A stretch of 63,219 bases of DNA, the filler included, from Lenisia limosa (Eukaryota; Protista; Breviatea), in assembly GCA_001655205.1 (NCBI GenBank). It is 20 parts of 20 records of this genome, joined end to end, with 100 filler letters (N's around TTAATTAATTAA, not from the genome) between each part and the next. Parts side by side here need not be neighbours in the genome. Positions count along the whole stretch, not along the records: positions 22,163 to 26,928 come from LPNZ01007982.1; positions 27,029 to 28,594 come from LPNZ01008363.1; positions 28,695 to 29,825 come from LPNZ01000913.1; positions 29,926 to 31,751 come from LPNZ01008777.1; positions 31,852 to 38,192 come from LPNZ01008332.1; 15 more parts are not named here. One strand, given 5' to 3'. A program made the translations under genes and the position numbers. Positions within the stretch are counted from its first letter, which is position 1, and every line of letters starts with the position of its first letter. Under the pieces are notes generated by a model that was given only the letters and a program-made list of their open reading frames with translations, was not told the DNA's origin and did not search any database. Positions 24,261 through 37,647 of this stretch are shown piece by piece.

Positions 24261-26747
24261 GGCGTATCGATATTTGACAATTATCCAATGTCTGACGATA
24301 TTGATTATCAAAAGGCACTCTTTGGAATGGAAAACATCACGGCCCACCCAGGAACTTTGAACCTCTGCCTACTGTCACCTGCTGAATTAACATTTCAAGA
24401 GAACGCAAGAAAGCGTGAGGAGGTACAAGCAAGGACAAATATGGCCTAATGCCCAATTCTCGCTGAGCTGAATGAAGAAGTAGCAGTGGCTAAACGGGCC
24501 TTTGAAACATCAAAAAAGGCTGGTTTACCGAAAGCTGTTTGCTCAATGGCGTCGACAGCCGCAACTGCAGCTCTGAATTCAAAATCTCCAACCCATGTCT
24601 GCGACGTACTCTGTAAAGTTTCTGAACTTGCAGGAGGATTGAGTGAGGAGGAAGCACAGCTTGTACGCCAGCAGTTCTGTTGAATTAGGAGCTTTGGACA
24701 TTCCACATGATAAATCTGTCCGTATTTTCAGGGTGACCCCAGGCTTGAAAACTGCGGAAATCAAGGATAACCAAGTTGTTGTTACCAAGAACGTTCTTCA
24801 GCAGAGGAAGCCGAGATAAAATAAGGTGGATACAAAGCAGGGCGCAACATTTGGTCCCGAGAAAATTGATGCCACTGGTGGTGCAGGAGAAGTCAGGAAA
24901 CGACAATTGGTTCGAAATGGAGGTAAGCCATTTGAACAGTAAAATAATGATCTTTAGAAGCAGGAAATGGACGAGGAAGAGGCCGTGGAAAGGGAAGAGG
25001 AAGAGGAAGAGGAAGGATTAATACAGGTAAGAGTAATACCGAGTAATTGTCTAACTTTCAGAAAACCAACGTCTTGACACAACTGACGATAACGCTCCTC
25101 AGGCTGAAACACAGAAAGGTTGGCTTCAAATTGTCACTCATATCTCTCTCTAGCTGTTGGTAGAACACGAGAAAGACGCCAAGCAATGGCTGGAATTTTT
25201 TCGGATACTGAAAATAAAGGTATTTCGTCTGATTTGCATTGATTGACAAATTTGTGGGGGTCTGGAGTTGACAGAAACAGAAACATCAAGTGAAGAAGAA
25301 GAGGATATTGAACCCGCCGTGTTGTTTAATCAAGCCAAAAAACAAAACATTCCAGAAGGTGTGTGGTTTTCTTGATAGTGCCTTCTTATGTGGCTCCTCT
25401 TCCTCCCTCTCTATTTTTGCTTTCTCTTATTTGTAATGTCTATTCAAGAAAATATTCATCACCTTCTGATTTCAATCAAGACACAGTCCAACATTTTGAA
25501 ATATCATCGAATATCAGTTTTGCGCCTCAAAGAGTGAAATAGGAGTAATAAAATCAATGCTTGGGTAATATTTTGATCATTTTTGACAATTCATAAATAA
25601 ACACAGATATCGAAAAAAACAGAGATAAATGGACGGTGTGATATATGTGCATGGAGGGGGGGGGGGGNNNNNNNNNNNNNNNNNNNNNNNNNNNNNNNNN
25701 NNNNNNNNNNNNNNNNNNNNNNAATGAAAAAAAAAAAACGAAATCAACTCTGTTCACACGAGTGGTGAAAACAACAACACACACAGCGCCAGGGTGAAAT
25801 CCCATATTCCGCGCACCTGGCGATCTTGGTAGATCAATGCCGTCATGACATCACCTGTTCGACTGTCAGTAGCGCGTCGCACGTCATATGTGGCACATTT
25901 GCGTATTTTGTCGCCTGGAGGTGAGAAGGATTTAGTTAAGATTTAGTTAGAGTAGTTAAGATTAATGATAGATTAGGAAGAGCAGAGTACGATTTAATAA
26001 ATTTTATAAGGTCTAGTTCCTTTTTCCCAACTGGTTTTAGTTTTTTGCCCCGGTGTTAAGATTGTTCCCCCTTTCTTTTCTATTATGCACACTAAGAGGC
26101 TCCTAAAAAAAGTTACCTTCAAGCAACACGCATTAATATTAGGAATCAAAACAAAGACCTCGAGAAATTTCCGAAGTGTATGTACATAGTATGTACATAT
26201 CATATATGTAAGACTATCTTCGATAAATTCTCGATAAATATCGATATTTTATCAGTCTTTTCGGTTCGAAAAATGACAAAATATCTCGATAAATCTAAAA
26301 ATTATCTAACCGAAGTCATAGTTAAGTTTTATACCAAGGCTAGGGAACAAACTAAAAAAAAAGCGATCATTAATTCACAATTTGAATAAATGAAAGTAAA
26401 ACCACGTTGAGTATGCTCCATACCAAGGATATAAGGGTATAGGGGGTCCATAGTGGCTGAATCTCCATCGGAAGCACTGTCGGAAGTGAACGAGTCCACT
26501 TCGGGCCTAAATTCGTTAATAAATATGCTGAAAATATTGGCCTAAATTCGTAAATATGAACAAGCTGTAAGTCAATCCGAAAATCGGTGAAAATATATTA
26601 ATTCGTAATGCTGAATATTCTGTTTATAAGGATATAGGAAGTTGGTATATGATATATGATATGCTGTAAGAATACAGTAAATTATCATGGATTTATCAAT
26701 AAATTCAGTCTTTTTGGAACCGATAGTGAAGCTCTACTCCAAATACA

Positions 26748-26928
26748 CCTCCCCACTGGTTTCTCCTTGTCAATTCTTGCCGCAATTGCACTGTCTCCTG
26801 TCGAAGTTGTTCGATCATAGCCGAGTGTTGTTTCATCTGTAATATTACAATAAATATATACAAAGTTGATCTGGGCTTGTCCAAATTCACTCCCCCCCCC
26901 CCCACCTCCACAGGCCCCTCCCGAGGCG
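26748..26928 (-). CDS. Coiled-coil exon(s) of a hypothetical protein
   Basis: attacag|MKQHSAMIEQLRQETVQLRQELTRRNQWG|gtgtat; coordinates approximate. Confidence 0.4.
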
Positions 26929-27028
26929 NNNNNNNNNNNNNNNNNNNNNNNNNNNNNNNNNNNNNNNNNNNNTTAATTAATTAANNNNNNNNNNNNNNNN
27001 NNNNNNNNNNNNNNNNNNNNNNNNNNNN

Positions 27029-27128
27029 TAGGGCTTCCCTGCGGTCCGAAAAAGACCGTTTGATTATCGTTATTTTTCGAGGATTTATCGAGAGATTCGG
27101 TCTTTTTTGGGACTGTAGGGAAGCCCTA
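27029..27128. mobile_element. MITE family A, subfamily B
   Basis: TAGGGCTTCCCTGCGGTCCGAAAAAGAC ... GTCTTTTTTGGGACTGTAGGGAAGCCCTA, with the same internal core as family A. The scaffold starts exactly at the TIR. Confidence 0.82.
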
Positions 27129-27296
27129 GCGGTATATTTTGAGGTGTAGTATCATTATCCTGATACGGATACTGAGCTTTTTATCTTAAGTCAATCATGT
27201 CTAGACTCATCACGGTCACTATTTTTTCCAAACATTGCGACGATGTTACAAATTACGTGTTAAACAGCATATATTGCCTGCCTCACTCCCCTTCAG

Positions 27297-28594
27297 CAAC
27301 TTGAGCGTGAAGTCAGCCAGTTGAACGCCAAAATTGAAGGAATGGTTTGGGGGAGGAGGGGGGGTGAAAATCGGTCAAGACTTATCCCGGTCAGATTATA
27401 TTACCTGCTTTGATTACCGTCATAGCGAGCGCTTTTGGTGGATCCGCAGTCCTTGGATTCTGCTAAGAAACTAGTGAGGAAAGAACTGGCCCAATGCAAG
27501 GTATGATTTTATTACTAGGTATCCATATTATAATGAAGGGCTTTAACTTCGGTTCGAAAATAGACTTCTCAAAAATCCTCGAAAACTATTGTTATTTTTC
27601 CAACCGAAATGAAGCCCTAGAGTGTATCATACAAGAATACCCCCCACCTACCAGGTATAACGTTTCATTCTTTTGATTTTCTTTTTTTACAAGAGAAATA
27701 ATATTACATTAAAAACCTGGGAAAGAAATAAATACATGTGGGTTCCCTACGATATGTATTTGTTTGTTTCACTATTTTGAACAAGTGTAGAGCTAATTAT
27801 AACATTAAAAACCTGGGAAGTACATAAATACCTTGGGATACCATAAAAACAAATCACCATATGTATGACGAGGGGGGATAACTTGTGTGTAAGAGAAATG
27901 AAGGGGTGTGGCGTTAAAGTGTCAAGAAGAGATGATCTGTATGTAGAGGGGTGATAAGTAGTAGTGTATGCTTGGGAGGCACGCAGAAAGCTGTGTACAG
28001 AGTTGTAAGGCAAATGATTGGGTGAATTAATATAGTAATGGAAATGTTTTTTTTATTATTATTATTTCATTTTTTTTTCTCACCCCCCCCCCTCCTCCCC
28101 TCCTNNNNNNNNNNNNNNNNNNNNNNNNNNNNNNNNNNNNNNNNNNNNNNNNNNNNNNNNNNNNNNNNNNNNNNNNNNNNNNNNNNNNNNNNNNNNNNNN
28201 NNNNNNNNNNNNNNNNNNNNNNNNNNNNNNNNNNNNNGGGTGACTTTGGCTCGATCAATTCCCGATAAATCCTCGATAGATCCCCAATTAATCCAAACTC
28301 AATATCAACAATCATGTCTAATCCTTGATAAATCCGCGATAAATCGCGATGAATACTTGAAAATCCGAACTTTTTATCCTCGATAAATCCCCGATACTAT
28401 TAGATTGGAGTTTTATCCGGGATATTTCCTTACCGTCCAGACTTATCTGAAGACGCAGCCGCTGCGCGTGAACGCCAAAAACACGCTCACGCCACTTTGC
28501 GCGATGCCAAACGCGAAAGTACTGAGGCTCTCAACCGAGCCAGGCAGTTTTCATCCCGGGATGTTGCCGGGCATATGGCTTCGGAAGTCCGAAA
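27297..28594 (+). CDS. Coiled-coil hypothetical protein (partial)
   Basis: Exons read QLEREVSQLNAKIEGM|RALLVDPQSLDSAKKLVRKELAQCK| ... DLSEDAAAARERQKHAHATLRDAKRESTEALNRARQ. Confidence 0.55.
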
Positions 28595-28694
28595 NNNNNN
28601 NNNNNNNNNNNNNNNNNNNNNNNNNNNNNNNNNNNNNNTTAATTAATTAANNNNNNNNNNNNNNNNNNNNNNNNNNNNNNNNNNNNNNNNNNNN

Positions 28695-29825
28695 TTAGAA
28701 GTTAGTGAGACGACTTTGAAATTAAAACATTCTGAGTTTATTAATAATCTTACACCTCATTATTTAAAAGAATTTAGAAAACATCATCCTCATCATTCCA
28801 AACCCTCAATTTCTATAATTGTTGACGAATTAAAATATTTCAACTACTATGTAAATATTCGTGACTATTCGAATGGAGAAATTGAAGATAAATTTGATTT
28901 GAATAAATTAAGTGTTATTGAACTTAGAAAATTGATTAAAAAGAAAGAATATAAATTAGGTGGAAGAAGTAAAAAGGATTTGATAAATAGCTTCATTACT
29001 CAATATAAAAATAATGAAAAGATTATTAGTACTAGAGAAATTTTTGATAATGTTAATGATGAAGATCTTCCAGAAATTGAAGAGAAAAGTAATGAAATAT
29101 TTGAAAATGGTGTTGTTAAAAATTATGAGACTAAAAAGAACAAACATATTGGAAAGGAGGTTACTTATTCGATTGAAGAAGATATTCTAATTAAAGACAA
29201 CTTCTATCAGGTTGTTAGGGAGTTGATTAATACATTCGATTCTAAGTATTATCCTGATGCTGCTACAAATGTCTTTTACAATTTTGAATTTAATGGAATT
29301 AGTAAAATGTATTCTAAATTAGACCACTCACTACTAAATGAAATTAATTATGTGTCAACTGCTATCAAAGGGTTAACCTTCACTCGTGATTTTGATGACT
29401 GGATTCAAAAAGCTATTGCAGAATGTTTCCTAATTATTAAAAAACACGCCGATGAGAAAGCAATTGATAGTGATGGATATTGTGAGTTTGAGATAAATAG
29501 TATAACTATAAGAACTTATGTTGTGGAAGAAGAAATTGGAGCAGGATTAGTAAATTATTTAGGAAGTGATTCTAATATTTATTGCCCACCTGGTAGTTCA
29601 TATTGTTTCTTCGATTGTTTGGAGCAAAAAGGTATCAAATTAAATCTCGTAGAAATAGAACACAAATGGAAATTAAATGGGTGGGTGAGTGTTGATAAAA
29701 TGAAAGATATTTTACAATATTATAATGTTGATGTTAAGATTAGGTTGAATAAAGTAAATATTACCGGAGACAATTTTATTAAATCTAGAGTTGTTTATGG
29801 TAAACATAGTACCAATGAAATTCAA
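28695..29825 (+). CDS. Fragment of a large AT-rich intronless ORF with a SAP/Rho-N-like HeH motif; possibly Polinton- or virus-like
   Basis: The frame is open from the first to the last base of the scaffold (377 codons). LNKLSVIELRKLIKKKEYKLGGRSKKDLI fits the SAP/HeH pattern. It also contains YCPPGSSYCFFDCL...GWVSVDKMKDIL. Confidence 0.75.
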
Positions 29826-29935
29826 NNNNNNNNNNNNNNNNNNNNNNNNNNNNNNNNNNNNNNNNNNNNTTAATTAATTAANNNNNNNNNNNNNNNNNNN
29901 NNNNNNNNNNNNNNNNNNNNNNNNNGATGTCAGCC

Positions 29936-30012
29936 GTGGATCGTAGGGTTGAGAATGGGGTGGATTGTAGGGTTGAGAATGGGGTGGATCGTAGGGTTGA
30001 GAATGGGGTGGG
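29936..30012. repeat. 24-bp tandem repeat GTGGATCGTAGGGTTGAGAATGGG x3
   Basis: Units are directly visible. The minus strand reads PPHSQPYD repeats; coding status unknown. Confidence 0.85.
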
Positions 30013-30708
30013 GTGAAACTATGAGACTTTTGGGAGCGTACAGGCGGTATTATATGCTGGGCTTGTCGTATTTTTGGTTCCACATTCATGTAATATACTT
30101 TATATAGTATATACTCCTTTTTCAATTCTCATTTCCACAATATCTCTAATAAACGTGATGGTGTAGACAGCCCACCAGTTTAACTTGAATTAACTGAAGT
30201 AGGTTATTAGCTAAATTAACGACACTTCGAATTGACAACAACTGTATCCAAAATGTTGGCTTGGTTTTGAGAANNNNNNNNNNNNNNNNNNNNNNNNNNN
30301 NNNNNNNNNNNNNNNNNNNNNNNNNNNNNNNNNNNNNNNNNNNNNNNNNNNNNNNNNNNNNNNNNNNNNNNNNNNNNNNNNNNNNNNNNNNNNNNNNNNN
30401 NNNNNNNNNNNNNNNNNNNNNNNNNNNNNNNNNNNNNNNNNNNNNNNNNNNNNNNNNNNNNNNNNNNNNNNNNNNNNNNNNNNNNNNNNNNNNNNNNNNN
30501 NNNNGATTTTACGAAAATCACATGTAATGTGTTACATGTATTAAATTCAATTTTTTTTATTATTACTTGTCACATTTCATAACCCACACCCTCTCACAGG
30601 GATTGTGATGATAGAAGGTTTATTTTCTATTGATTATAGTGAAAGGGTTATTTCTTTTTGAAGGATTAATCATTTATTTCAATAGAATGTCAGCCTGACC
30701 CTTTCTAG

Positions 30709-31378
30709 ATTTCCTTCCTCTCCAACCTGCCGTCCCTAACCTCCCTCGACATTTCCAACAATCCTATCGACAACCTCGACGTAGGTTCCTGGGTTTATTT
30801 GGGCTTTCCTGCGGTCCGAAAAAGACCGTTAAAATATCGATATTTATCGTGGATTTATCGAAAAATTCAGTCTTTTTTTGGACCGTAGGGAATGTCTAGG
30901 TGTAAGAATTAGGACAGTGTTCCATTAACTGGGAAATTAATAAAGCAAAATTGAAATGAGTAATGTATATTGTAGCCAGAACACCGTTTCCACAAACAAT
31001 GAACTTCTGAAAATATAGTACAAATAAATACAAAGGGTCACCTTAAACAAAAGTGACACATGCGCATACTTTCCTTCTTCAGGACACATACAAATCTGAA
31101 ATCTCTGCTGGTTGGGGTGAATGAATGGGCAATATGATACTTTTCAAGACCTCAGCTTAACATAATTGTCTTCGGCCAGACCCTTCTTTTGAATTTCTCA
31201 TTTCCACTCACAATTCTAGCCTCTCGCGTCCCTACCCAGCCTCTCAGAAGTGAGCCTATGTCACTTGTCTATCACATCTCTGGCTGGTTTATCCGGACTT
31301 TCTAAGCTTGCCGACTTGAATCTCTCCAATTCGACAATTGCTCCGTTATGCCTGGCATCCTTGCCTAAAAAATTGCGA
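30709..31378 (+). CDS. Leucine-rich repeat protein (partial, 2 exons)
   Basis: Exon 30709-30780 is exactly 72 nt (ISFLSNLPSLTSLDISNNPIDNLD, one LRR). Exon 31220-31378 reads PLASLPSLSEVSLCHLSITSLAGLSGLSKLADLNLSNS. Confidence 0.8.
30799..30898. mobile_element. MITE family A, subfamily B copy in an LRR-gene intron
   Basis: GGGCTTTCCTGCGGTCCGAAAAAGAC ... GTCTTTTTTTGGACCGTAGGGAATGTCTA. Confidence 0.75.
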
Positions 31379-31851
31379 GTGAGTGGAGGTTTATGCAAGT
31401 GTAGACTATATTACTAAAAAAAAAATTGGGCCCCGTACTCAATTTCAGACACTTTCATTTCAAATTTTGTCAGTTAATGCACGGAGCCCTACACAACATA
31501 CATGGGCTAGGGTTTGGTCAAAAGACGAAGATATGGGTACCAGAATTGGGGGTGAGAGAGAGAGGAAGTTGGTTAAGGGGGTTGGGGTAGTAGATAGAAT
31601 TAGGGACCCTCCCCCTTCCAACATAGTTCATTATCCTCCTTTTTTACTCTAATTTGTACTATTTTTTTTTCGCCACTCACTCCCCTCAGATATTATTAAT
31701 TATTTGTATTATTATATATATACCCCACACAAACTCCTTATTTTTCCAATCNNNNNNNNNNNNNNNNNNNNNNNNNNNNNNNNNNNNNNNNNNNNTTAAT
31801 TAATTAANNNNNNNNNNNNNNNNNNNNNNNNNNNNNNNNNNNNNNNNNNNN

Positions 31852-34800
31852 TTCTCGAGCGGCCGACTTGGCTGCTTCAAGGGACTGTTGCAGGGCAGAC
31901 ACCTGGACAATTGTTTAGTGATATACAAGATATCATTAATGGGAAATAGAAAAGAGTTCGGTGTAGCTGTATTATCAAACTTGAGTAGAACTGGATTACC
32001 TCAAGAAAATAGTGTTAGTATACCCACAATCACAACATATCATAAGCAAAAGGAAAGATAACACGACTAGAGACAAGAATGAAACGATGGAAATGTGCAC
32101 ATGACACGACAGGAATCACAAAAGGGATGCGCACCTCTTCAGAGAGTTTTTCAACTTCCTGTGCAGAGCTCTCCATCTCTTCTGCAATCTGAAGGAAATT
32201 AGATTGTAAGCTAATTGTAGAGTACGAGGTTAGCTGGAAAGATGATAATAACACCCTGTACTTTCAGCTGTTCCTTCTCAAGCTCCTTATAAGAGTCACG
32301 AAGGGTTTGCATTTCCTGTGAGTCTTCAGCCACCTGAGACTCCAAAATTTCAATCTGTGGGGGGGGGGGGTTATAAAATCAAGAAAAGATAGTCTGATTT
32401 CTCACTGATTAAAAAAAAAGCAGCCATCTTTTAAAAAGGACAGCCCCCACCCCACCTGCGCAGACTGGTCGTTGCAGGTGTCTTGATTCTGGTCTGAAGA
32501 AGCCTTCAGCTCCTCCAATCTAAAGTGTCAAACTACCTAATAATATGAATTAGGCAGCTGAAAATATTGAAGAAAAGAATATTGTGGAGTACGATAATTT
32601 ACAATTGTTGGTCTACGGAATATGGTAATCAAAAATTCAATCCTCAGCTATTCAATTGTTTAGAAAAAAAACTTTGAAATCATATTTCAGAAAAAAAAAC
32701 TTTGAAATCATATTTCAAAGCTATGTTATATTTGAAATAAATCAACACAAAGCAGATATCCGGTTCTTTCACCCATCCGGCCCACAGTTCCTTCTGGGAG
32801 GCCTGATGACTCCTCCACTCCTCCACCACCTGGCACCACTTCTCGTCCCTCTCTTGAAGGCCATGCACAACCTGACGAAGAATAAACAGAAGCGTTTCAT
32901 GGACTATCAAAAACTGGAAATAGAATCTGATACGTTTTAGCAGAAGTCTGCTAAGACCGATCATTTCAGTTGGAGCCGTGTATCCATCCCATACCCCCAA
33001 CCTTTAGAGACAACGCGGCCGGAAGAACCACCTTGGGAATCACTTCTTCCTCTTCCTCCTCATTTTCCTCATCTTCACCCCCATCGGGCTTGGGTGGTCT
33101 CACTGAGCGATCACGGCCTTCAAGAACCTCTCCCTCCTGGAAAGTGCTTCGGTCCTGGGGGTTACAATTGGAAAATTTATGAAACAACAACAAAAAAAAA
33201 GCTCAAAATCAACTCTGTTGGTTGACAACACACAAGGGTTGATAACAACAAAACAAGCAAAGCCCAGGTCAGTCGCTTCTCCAGCACCGCATCCCATCAC
33301 AACAAGGATAACAAAATCAATTCTTGGGAGGTGGTAGGTGGGGGGTAAAGTGGGAAAGAAAGAAAAACACAAATCAATTCCATTAGCAATATAAACGATT
33401 AATTTTGCATCAAGTACCCCACACCCTACTAAGGAAGTTTCTTGCTTTGTTGGCAGCTCCATTCCTTCCTTTTCATTAAGCTGTTGCTGTTGGGGTTACA
33501 AGAAGCAAAAAGAGAATGCTTGTGTGTATACGATTTTGAAAGTTAACTTCAAAAAAACTGAAAAGAAAAGGTACTACATNNNNNNNNNNNNNNNNNNNNN
33601 NNNNNNNNNNNNNNNNNNNNNNNNNNNNNNNNNNNNNNNNNNNNNNNNNNNNNNNNNNNNNNNNNNNNNNNNNNNNTTCAAATACAAGATATAAATACAG
33701 GGAGTTACATACATAAAGAAACAGCGATTTGTATGTAACTTGACACTGCTTTTAAATTACCATTTCTACCTAATAAATATGTACGTATTATACAATGGAG
33801 TACACACTTTTGAGCTGGGCTAGTGAGGGGTCAGCTGGCGGGGCTTCAGACTAAAAATCAGGTAAGAAGACGAAAGTGTACTAAAAACAAAATAATAGTG
33901 AACTGACCATCTTTTATATCACTGACTCCCTCAAACTGGTTCAGTGGTTTCGAGTTTGGCCGAGGGAGTGGCGGGGGAGAATCCGCAACCCGCTGTCTCC
34001 AAAACACGCAAACGGTTAAGTTCGAAGAGCTTCGGAGGGAGGCACATGAGATCTGTGGAGTGAGGTATTGCAGTTCCTGTTTATACTGTGATTATTCAAC
34101 AGATGGACACTTATTATTCAGCCCTGCCCAAGTTCGAAGTTTGAAGTACACTAGGTTATGAATGCAAAATATCGCTATTTCTCGAAAAATCATCAAACAA
34201 AAAGTTGCAAAAAAGCCCTCNNNNNNNNNNNNNNNNNNNNNNNNNNNNNNNNNNNNNNNNNNNNNNNNNNNNNNNNNNNNNNNNNAACAACGTCGCACTT
34301 TCGGGAACCTCAGTGAGTCCGGTGTCCTGCGTAGTTGAGTAAATATGACTATAGATGAATGATCTTCTCTTTCACTTCCAACAAAACGGTAAAATTAATG
34401 TTAAGATATATCAAAAATTTGTTCTCTAGTGAAACAAACAAAAAAAAAAAGTAAATCTTGAAATATATATGTATTTGGGTAATTAGTATTAATGGGTAAA
34501 GCTAATAACAAAACACTCAAATCCAGACATACTTTAAGATTGAGAACGCTGAGATTGGACAGTTCCAAGAAGGGTAAAACTCCAAGACTGCCAAGACCCT
34601 AGAAGGAAGCATGGTGAGGGGGGTGGGGATGAAAAATAGAAAGTAGGTCTGAGACCATCTTATCATCCTTCACAGCCCAATACGTGACACCATTTTTATT
34701 CGGAAATGCAGCTGTTATTAAGAAATGCATAGTGGACATCACCCCCTCCCTCTCTCAAACCGGATTTCTTGCCAGGGACAAGACTGCGAGGTACCTGATG

Positions 34801-37647
34801 GACTGGAGGTTCTTAGCAATGTGGACGGCCCGGCTTTCGGTCAAACCTGGAGGAAATCGGTCACATACAATTCTCCAGTTTTGAAGCATCCAAATCACTA
34901 GAAAGATGTACCCGCCATACACATAACAAAATATGTACTTGTTTAAATTTATGATCAATAATCTGAATGTTGTTTTGTTTGACCCCCCCCCCCCCNNNNN
35001 NNNNNNNNNNNNNNNNNNNNNNNNNNNNNNNNNNNNNNNNNNNNNCAAGAGATTGCGCAATCAGCGCCACGCCATCGTCACACAACGAACAGGACGCGGC
35101 TCGGAGAGCAATGAGGCTCGTGTTGGCGCTCAAGGCTGACGTGAGGACCAGCATGTCTGTGGAGTTTTAATAAAAAAAAGACGTTAGGAAAGCTGTGGAG
35201 CTTCAGTAAAAAATAACACCAAGGTTTGGACTTTCTCAATTAATTAAAGCTTGTCATAACATTATAGTATGTTGAAAAATGTCATCGCAAAGATTAAGTC
35301 AGCAAGCCAGTCATACCATCATGATTAAAGGGTACAGAGCAGGTTTCAAGATCCAGGCGAGTGATGCTGTTTTGTTCCAAAGCGCGAGCCACGTCTTTGG
35401 ACTGTTGTGGAAAATTGGTATGTTGTATTATGGCAAAAAGAGAAAAGGATTGTGCAAACAGCGTACATACATAGCATATGTAATGCATACACAGCATCTT
35501 TCATCAGTCGCTATTATAAAGCTGAGACAGTATCCCATCATAGTTAATAACAATAAAACAAGGGCGCTCCTTTGGTTCCAAAAAAGAGACTAGACCAAAC
35601 ATTCCTCCAGGTCTCACTACCCCCCCCCNNNNNNNNNNNNNNNNNNNNNNNNNNNNNNNNNNNNNNNNNNNNNNNNNNNNNNNNNNNNNNNNNNNNNNNN
35701 GACTGTGTTCCCTTCCACTCTCCACCCCTCCACGGTGCTGGAGGAAGGCGTTTCCCATTGTCTTCAGGCTGAATAGGTCATGCCATTGTGGGAAGTAAAT
35801 AGAGCCTCACTTCCCCAAAAAGACTGAAATTATATTTCCAATCATCAAGGAGATATTGGGAAATTTTTTCATTTATATACATATATACTGTATATAGTAT
35901 ATAATATAGAAAAAAAACTAGGTCTGCCCTAGATATGAAACTGGCTGACTGAACCCATACGCATAAAGCAAATCAATCTGTCATTTCCGCTGGTCTTTGA
36001 GCGACCGCTGGAGCCCATCATGTACATCTACACTGACCGCCATAAGTCCTGAAACGACTGACTAAAGATAAAGCTCATTATCCGTGCCAGGACTTATTGC
36101 GGTCATTGTGTGTCAAGAGTGAACTCACAATCTGGTTCTGCGCAGCTGGAAGCTCAACATTTCGGATCATTGGACGCTGAAGGGTTAGTGGGAATCGGGT
36201 GGTGATGGTGATGAGAGGGGGGAAAGAAGTCAAATTAAAAAACAAAATAAAAATAAAAAGACTCAAATTTATTGAGGGGGGTGAAAGGTTATATCCAAAA
36301 AAAACATACCCAAAATAATACCCAAATTACCTGGGGCTGCACCTGGGTTTGCGGCTCTCTAACAGGCTCAGCTACACTGTCCGAAGTGGTAGGCGACGCC
36401 ATTACAGGGGGTTCGGGGGATGATGGCGGGGAGTCGACAACAGATCTTGCGGATCTATGGTGNNNNNNNNNNNNNNNNNNNNNNNNNNNNNNNNNNNNNN
36501 NNNNNNNNNNNNNNNNNNNNNNNNNNNNNNNNNNNNNNNNNNNNNNNNNNNNNNNNNNNNNNNNCGTAATATGCAATAATATGCAATATCATATGTACTA
36601 GTGTATAAAATACTTTTAATGACAACTATTGAGAATTAAGTAGGAAATCGGGCGAATCCTGCATCATTTGCCGTCAGAATATTTGGACCAGATTCCAATC
36701 TACAATAACTTTGCATTACACTACGGAGCATCGACTTGGGATTGTCGTGTAATTTCTGGGAATCCCAGAAATGTCTTCGGATTTCCATTTGTATTAATCA
36801 TGGGTTTCCCATGAAAATATGTGAATCCCAACTTTTTCATAATAATTCAAAGTCGATGCGTAATCTTCCGATCTGTAAAACACAACACCCGCCTTCAATA
36901 AATCAGCAGGGGGGTATATCGACACGAATCCGGAAAAACGTTTCGCTTCCAAAAAGACTGATTTGTAGATAGTTTCAAGCAAACATATATGTACAGTATA
37001 ATTATATGTATATTACATGATATGTATAGATTTTTGTAACATAATATATGCCTATCGAGATGCAAGAGAAGAAACAGAGACAGTAGGTTATTGAGCAAAC
37101 AATAATCAGGGTTTTACGATGCGAGGTTATTCAGAATATTGCACGATATATGTTTTTCTATTTATACATCAAGGAGATTTTTGATGCAGGTAATATAGTC
37201 ACCCCAAAAACCGAAGCTGATTCAAACTAAGTAAAATTCCTTGTAAAAAAAAAAACATATTTGAATATGCCGGCATAACTCCTTACGCATTGGCTCAGCC
37301 CACAAACTGTGCAGAAGGCGACCTCCTGGACCTGGAAGAAGACCTGTGATGCCGCCTCGAACTGCGTTCGGGATGCTCTCGATCACAATGGCTGTGGTGG
37401 CGATGTTCACGAGTAGAGGACCGCCTACGCGACCTAGACCGCCTTTCGGCCCTTTCATACTCTTCTGAGTCGGTATCATCATAGTGGTGGTGGTGGTGGT
37501 GCTTATGCGAAGATGAGGAAACGGGAGGCGAACTTCTTCGAGTCCGTGATCGACCCCGTTCAGCAGACCTGTGTAATCATTAGTTAATGCCATAATAAAC
37601 TTATTCAGAAGGACAAATGCCAACTTAGACCGAACGGACGACGACAT
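31852..37647 (-). CDS. Arg/Ser/His-rich N-terminus, LRR and coiled-coil protein (3' end missing)
   Basis: ATG at 37647 gives MSSSVRSK|SAERGRSRTRRSS...RRSRSRRRSS. Later exons are LRR-like (ALSANTSLIALRAASCSLCDDGVALIAQSL; IAKNLQSIRYLAVLSLARNP; LMCLPPKLFELNRLRVLETAG) and then heptad-rich (IEILESQVAEDSQEMQTLRDSYKELEKEQLK). Joining all exons into one gene is inferred. Confidence 0.62.
36031..36108. mobile_element. MITE family C-related copy
   Basis: ta|CACTGACCGCCATAAGTCCTGAAACG ... CGTGCCAGGACTTATTGCGGTCATTG|tg inverted repeat. Confidence 0.62.

Noticed and set aside
25780-25990. GC-rich segment plus (GATTTAGTTA)-like repeats as the transposon's right terminus
   Set aside because: No matching inverted copy on the other side of the transposase and no TA-flanked CAGT/ACTG end.
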